A stretch of 26,790 nt of DNA from Cyanobacteria bacterium J06626_4 (lineage in GTDB: Bacteria > Cyanobacteriota > Cyanobacteriia > Phormidesmidales > Phormidesmidaceae), in contig JBCBJQ010000082.1 of assembly GCA_038523235.1 (NCBI GenBank), positions 1-26,790 of the forward strand, in the 5' to 3' direction. The translations under genes were made by a program, and so were the position numbers. How positions within the stretch are numbered: position 1 is the stretch's first letter; the number at the start of each line of letters is the position of its first letter. Positions 26,730-26,790 of this stretch are shown here, piece by piece. The notes below the pieces were generated by a model that made no database searches, was not told the origin of the DNA, and saw nothing but the letters and a program-made list of their open reading frames with translations.

Positions 26730-26790
26730 TTTATCCAGAGGTTGAGCTTCTGCCGGGTGGGGGATCGCCCCCCTGAGGAACATAATCGGC

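Noticed and set aside
1..26790. Dense GCGATCGC octamers as a novel repeat; prophage, IS or defence island
   Set aside because: The octamer is the well-known cyanobacterial HIP1. No integrase, transposase, phage or defence genes were recognised.

Overview
This is a chromosomal window from a cyanobacterium: it has more than 20 HIP1 GCGATCGC sites plus pxcA-, patD- and Psb35-like genes, and a filamentous Leptolyngbya/Nodosilinea-like origin is my inference. The first 8.3 kb holds two very large, acidic phosphorus-scavenging enzymes with no signal peptide. One is a phytase-like domain with two nested GDPD domains; the other is an EEP nuclease/phosphatase fused to PhoD. They share an unnamed 148-aa C-terminal module (about 82% identical), related terminators and candidate Pho boxes. 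The rest is mostly core or accessory genes: a Psb35-related protein, divergent patD and rel (RSH), a two-TM hypothetical protein, a GT-C mannosyltransferase, a repeat protein, a ferritin-like protein with a GNAT, a Ser/Thr kinase, pxcA, a compact DacB, an RTX Ca-binding protein, a ROK protein, an SBP-OmpA fusion, NfeD and a possible small exported peptide. Three unusually long inverted repeats (15-23 bp arms) lie in promoter-side intergenic regions. I saw no rRNA, tRNA, CRISPR array or transposase. All family calls come from motif recognition, not database searches.
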